In this document: positions 62,260 to 64,000 of the stretch, one piece after another
How positions within the stretch are numbered: the first letter of the stretch is position 1
Layout of the letters: every line of letters starts with the position of its first letter
Source: Massalongia carnosa
Taxonomy: Eukaryota
NCBI GenBank assembly: GCA_965645245.1
Contig: OZ287074.1
Span: 1,240,001-1,304,000, forward strand
DNA: 64,000 nucleotides
Direction: 5' to 3'
The notes under the pieces: generated by a model
What the model was told of the DNA's origin: nothing
Databases searched by the model: none
Seen by the model: only the letters and a program-made list of their open reading frames with translations
Position numbers and translations under genes: made by a program

Positions 62260-63608
62260 ATTCTTTCATACCTTCTTTACCCTTTTTTTTCTTAGTCTTC
62301 CCCTCCCCCTTTCTTTATTGTCCAAATGTACCTGCGTCAAAGGAAGCCGAAAAAGAAGGGCTCATAACTGTATACCAACCAAAATCTAACCCCTATTGGA
62401 GTTTTCGTTCTCTCGTCTTTTTCATCCATCACTTGGGTAGAACAGATGAACGGTTTTGGATGTATTGAGAAAAGAGAGTGAGAAATATATAAGACAGTTT
62501 TTTTTTTTTTTAAAAACCAGAGGCTTCGAGAGGGTTCCGAACGCATCTCTCCCTTCCTCTTTCATCCATCCATCCACCTACACTCTCTCCTCCGTTCCGA
62601 TTCCTCGATCCCACAAACCCTGACCACGCTATTCTACCCCCCCAAAAAACGTAAATGGGAAAAGAAAATAAAAAGCCAATAGCTAAAATTATCAAATAAC
62701 CAATTTCCTCGCTAACTTCAATGATGGCGACAGTTAAAGATAAAGGGAGGTAAGTCGGTGGGTGATGAATGAATGAATGAATGAATGAAGCAAATATATA
62801 AAGTAAATTTACGGCCCGCCCACGAATCACGAATCTGGAATTTACAGAAAAAAGCTCAAGTCTTTCGAATGACGCAGGGAAGACGCGAAAAAAGGGGGAG
62901 AAATGAGAAGAGGAAGGGGAAGATGTAGATAGACGAAAGAGTAGGGTCTCTTCAATTTTTGTGAAGGTTTCTATTTATTTTCCATTCCCCCATTTCTCCT
63001 CCTCTCCTCTTCTACCTTCAAACCCCGATTTCCCCAATTACCAAGAATTGCAATCGTATGCTCGTCTTGTTTTTTATATTTTTTCTTCTTCAGGTTTTCT
63101 TTCTTCCAGTGCTTGGAGCGAAAGGGGAGTCGGTTTTAAAAATAGAGGAAGGGAGAGAGGGTTTGTGACTAGTCAGAGAGAGAAAGGGGTGAAAGGGAGG
63201 AGGATTGAGGATGATAATGCGCGTTTTTCGGGAAGGGGTGGCGTTTGGGATCACTGTGGATGCGTGAGTGGGTGAGGGGTGAGGATAGGAGGCGGAGGAG
63301 TGGAAGAGTGGAAGAGTGATGGGATGGATGTTGAGAGGGGTCGGAGAAGTGGTTAAGATGAGAAGAGGGAATTAGAGGGATTAAATATGAGTAGTGGAAG
63401 GAAGGGGGAAGGGGGGAGAAACAGACGGGATTGGGGGCGGAGGGGTGGGAGGGAGAGATGGAAAGGCAGATTAGAAGGGGAAACATGGATGGTTAATCTG
63501 AGGTTGCAATGAAATTAGTTAGGCACGCTGCATTGGGTTTGTGATATATGCCGTGGATTAATACGAAATAATGAAAATTTAATAATTTTAGAGAGATAAT
63601 ACCTTCAT

Positions 63609-64000
63609 CTACAGCTTCGACTGGTCCGAGTCGATCCTGATCGTCACTTTGCCCTAGAAGCGCACCACGTGTCAGCCTAAGAACCCAATCTAGCTAAAAG
63701 AAAGGATGCTTACGAGATGTTTCTTATCCCACTATCCATTAGTTAGCATGGTTAGCTCCCCCAAAGATTGATCTAGAGTTCCAACTTACCATATACTGAT
63801 ACGCTTCTCTCACCTCCTCGAAGCCAAACACCCGCTTATCGACCACGGGTTTGATCCTATTAGCGTCGATCGCACGACTCATCTCCTCGAACTGCAGCCG
63901 GCTTCCCACCAGCACCCCCCGCACGGTGAGGGAACCGGACAACACCTCCAAGAAGCCAGGCTGGTCTTTGGAAAATCCGCCCAGGAACCCGAGGATGGTG
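63609..64000 (-). CDS. Zinc-binding/MDR alcohol dehydrogenase family, 3' end only (partial)
   Basis: '[15 protein letters not shown]...[10 protein letters not shown]...[26 protein letters not shown]'. Confidence 0.85.

Noticed and set aside
60300..63500. Many short ORFs in the 3-kb interval
   Set aside because: Polypurine/polypyrimidine tracts and microsatellites (AAT, TTC, GAAT); no convincing gene model or RNA motif found

Overview
Eukaryotic DNA from a filamentous ascomycete (Pezizomycotina; GT-AG introns with CTAAC-type branch points; a lichen-forming lineage is plausible but not provable here). Most of the window is a dense housekeeping neighbourhood: GILT-like reductase, KEI1, YPT6/Rab6, NOP53, ESA1, RNase H2C, CFA-synthase-like methyltransferase, REX4, ATP17, NDUFS4, URK1, GID8 (hosting two intronic box C/D snoRNAs), ESF1, DIB1, LIA1, RPA12, SCC2, a secreted histidine phosphatase and a partial MDR dehydrogenase. 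The most notable feature is an accessory island (~17-26.5 kb). There a Clr5/ankyrin gene is split by a 5.2-kb piggyBac-type DNA transposon that has perfect 31-33 bp TIRs but no TTAA duplication. The element carries an unknown cargo gene and a tRNA-like Pol III unit, and its transposase is interrupted by a solo LTR that is itself interrupted by a second solo LTR (four nested layers, both LTRs with intact TSDs). Inferred lesions in the island are biased to CC>TC/GG>GA. Gene models were spliced by eye, and identities come from recognised motifs, not database searches.
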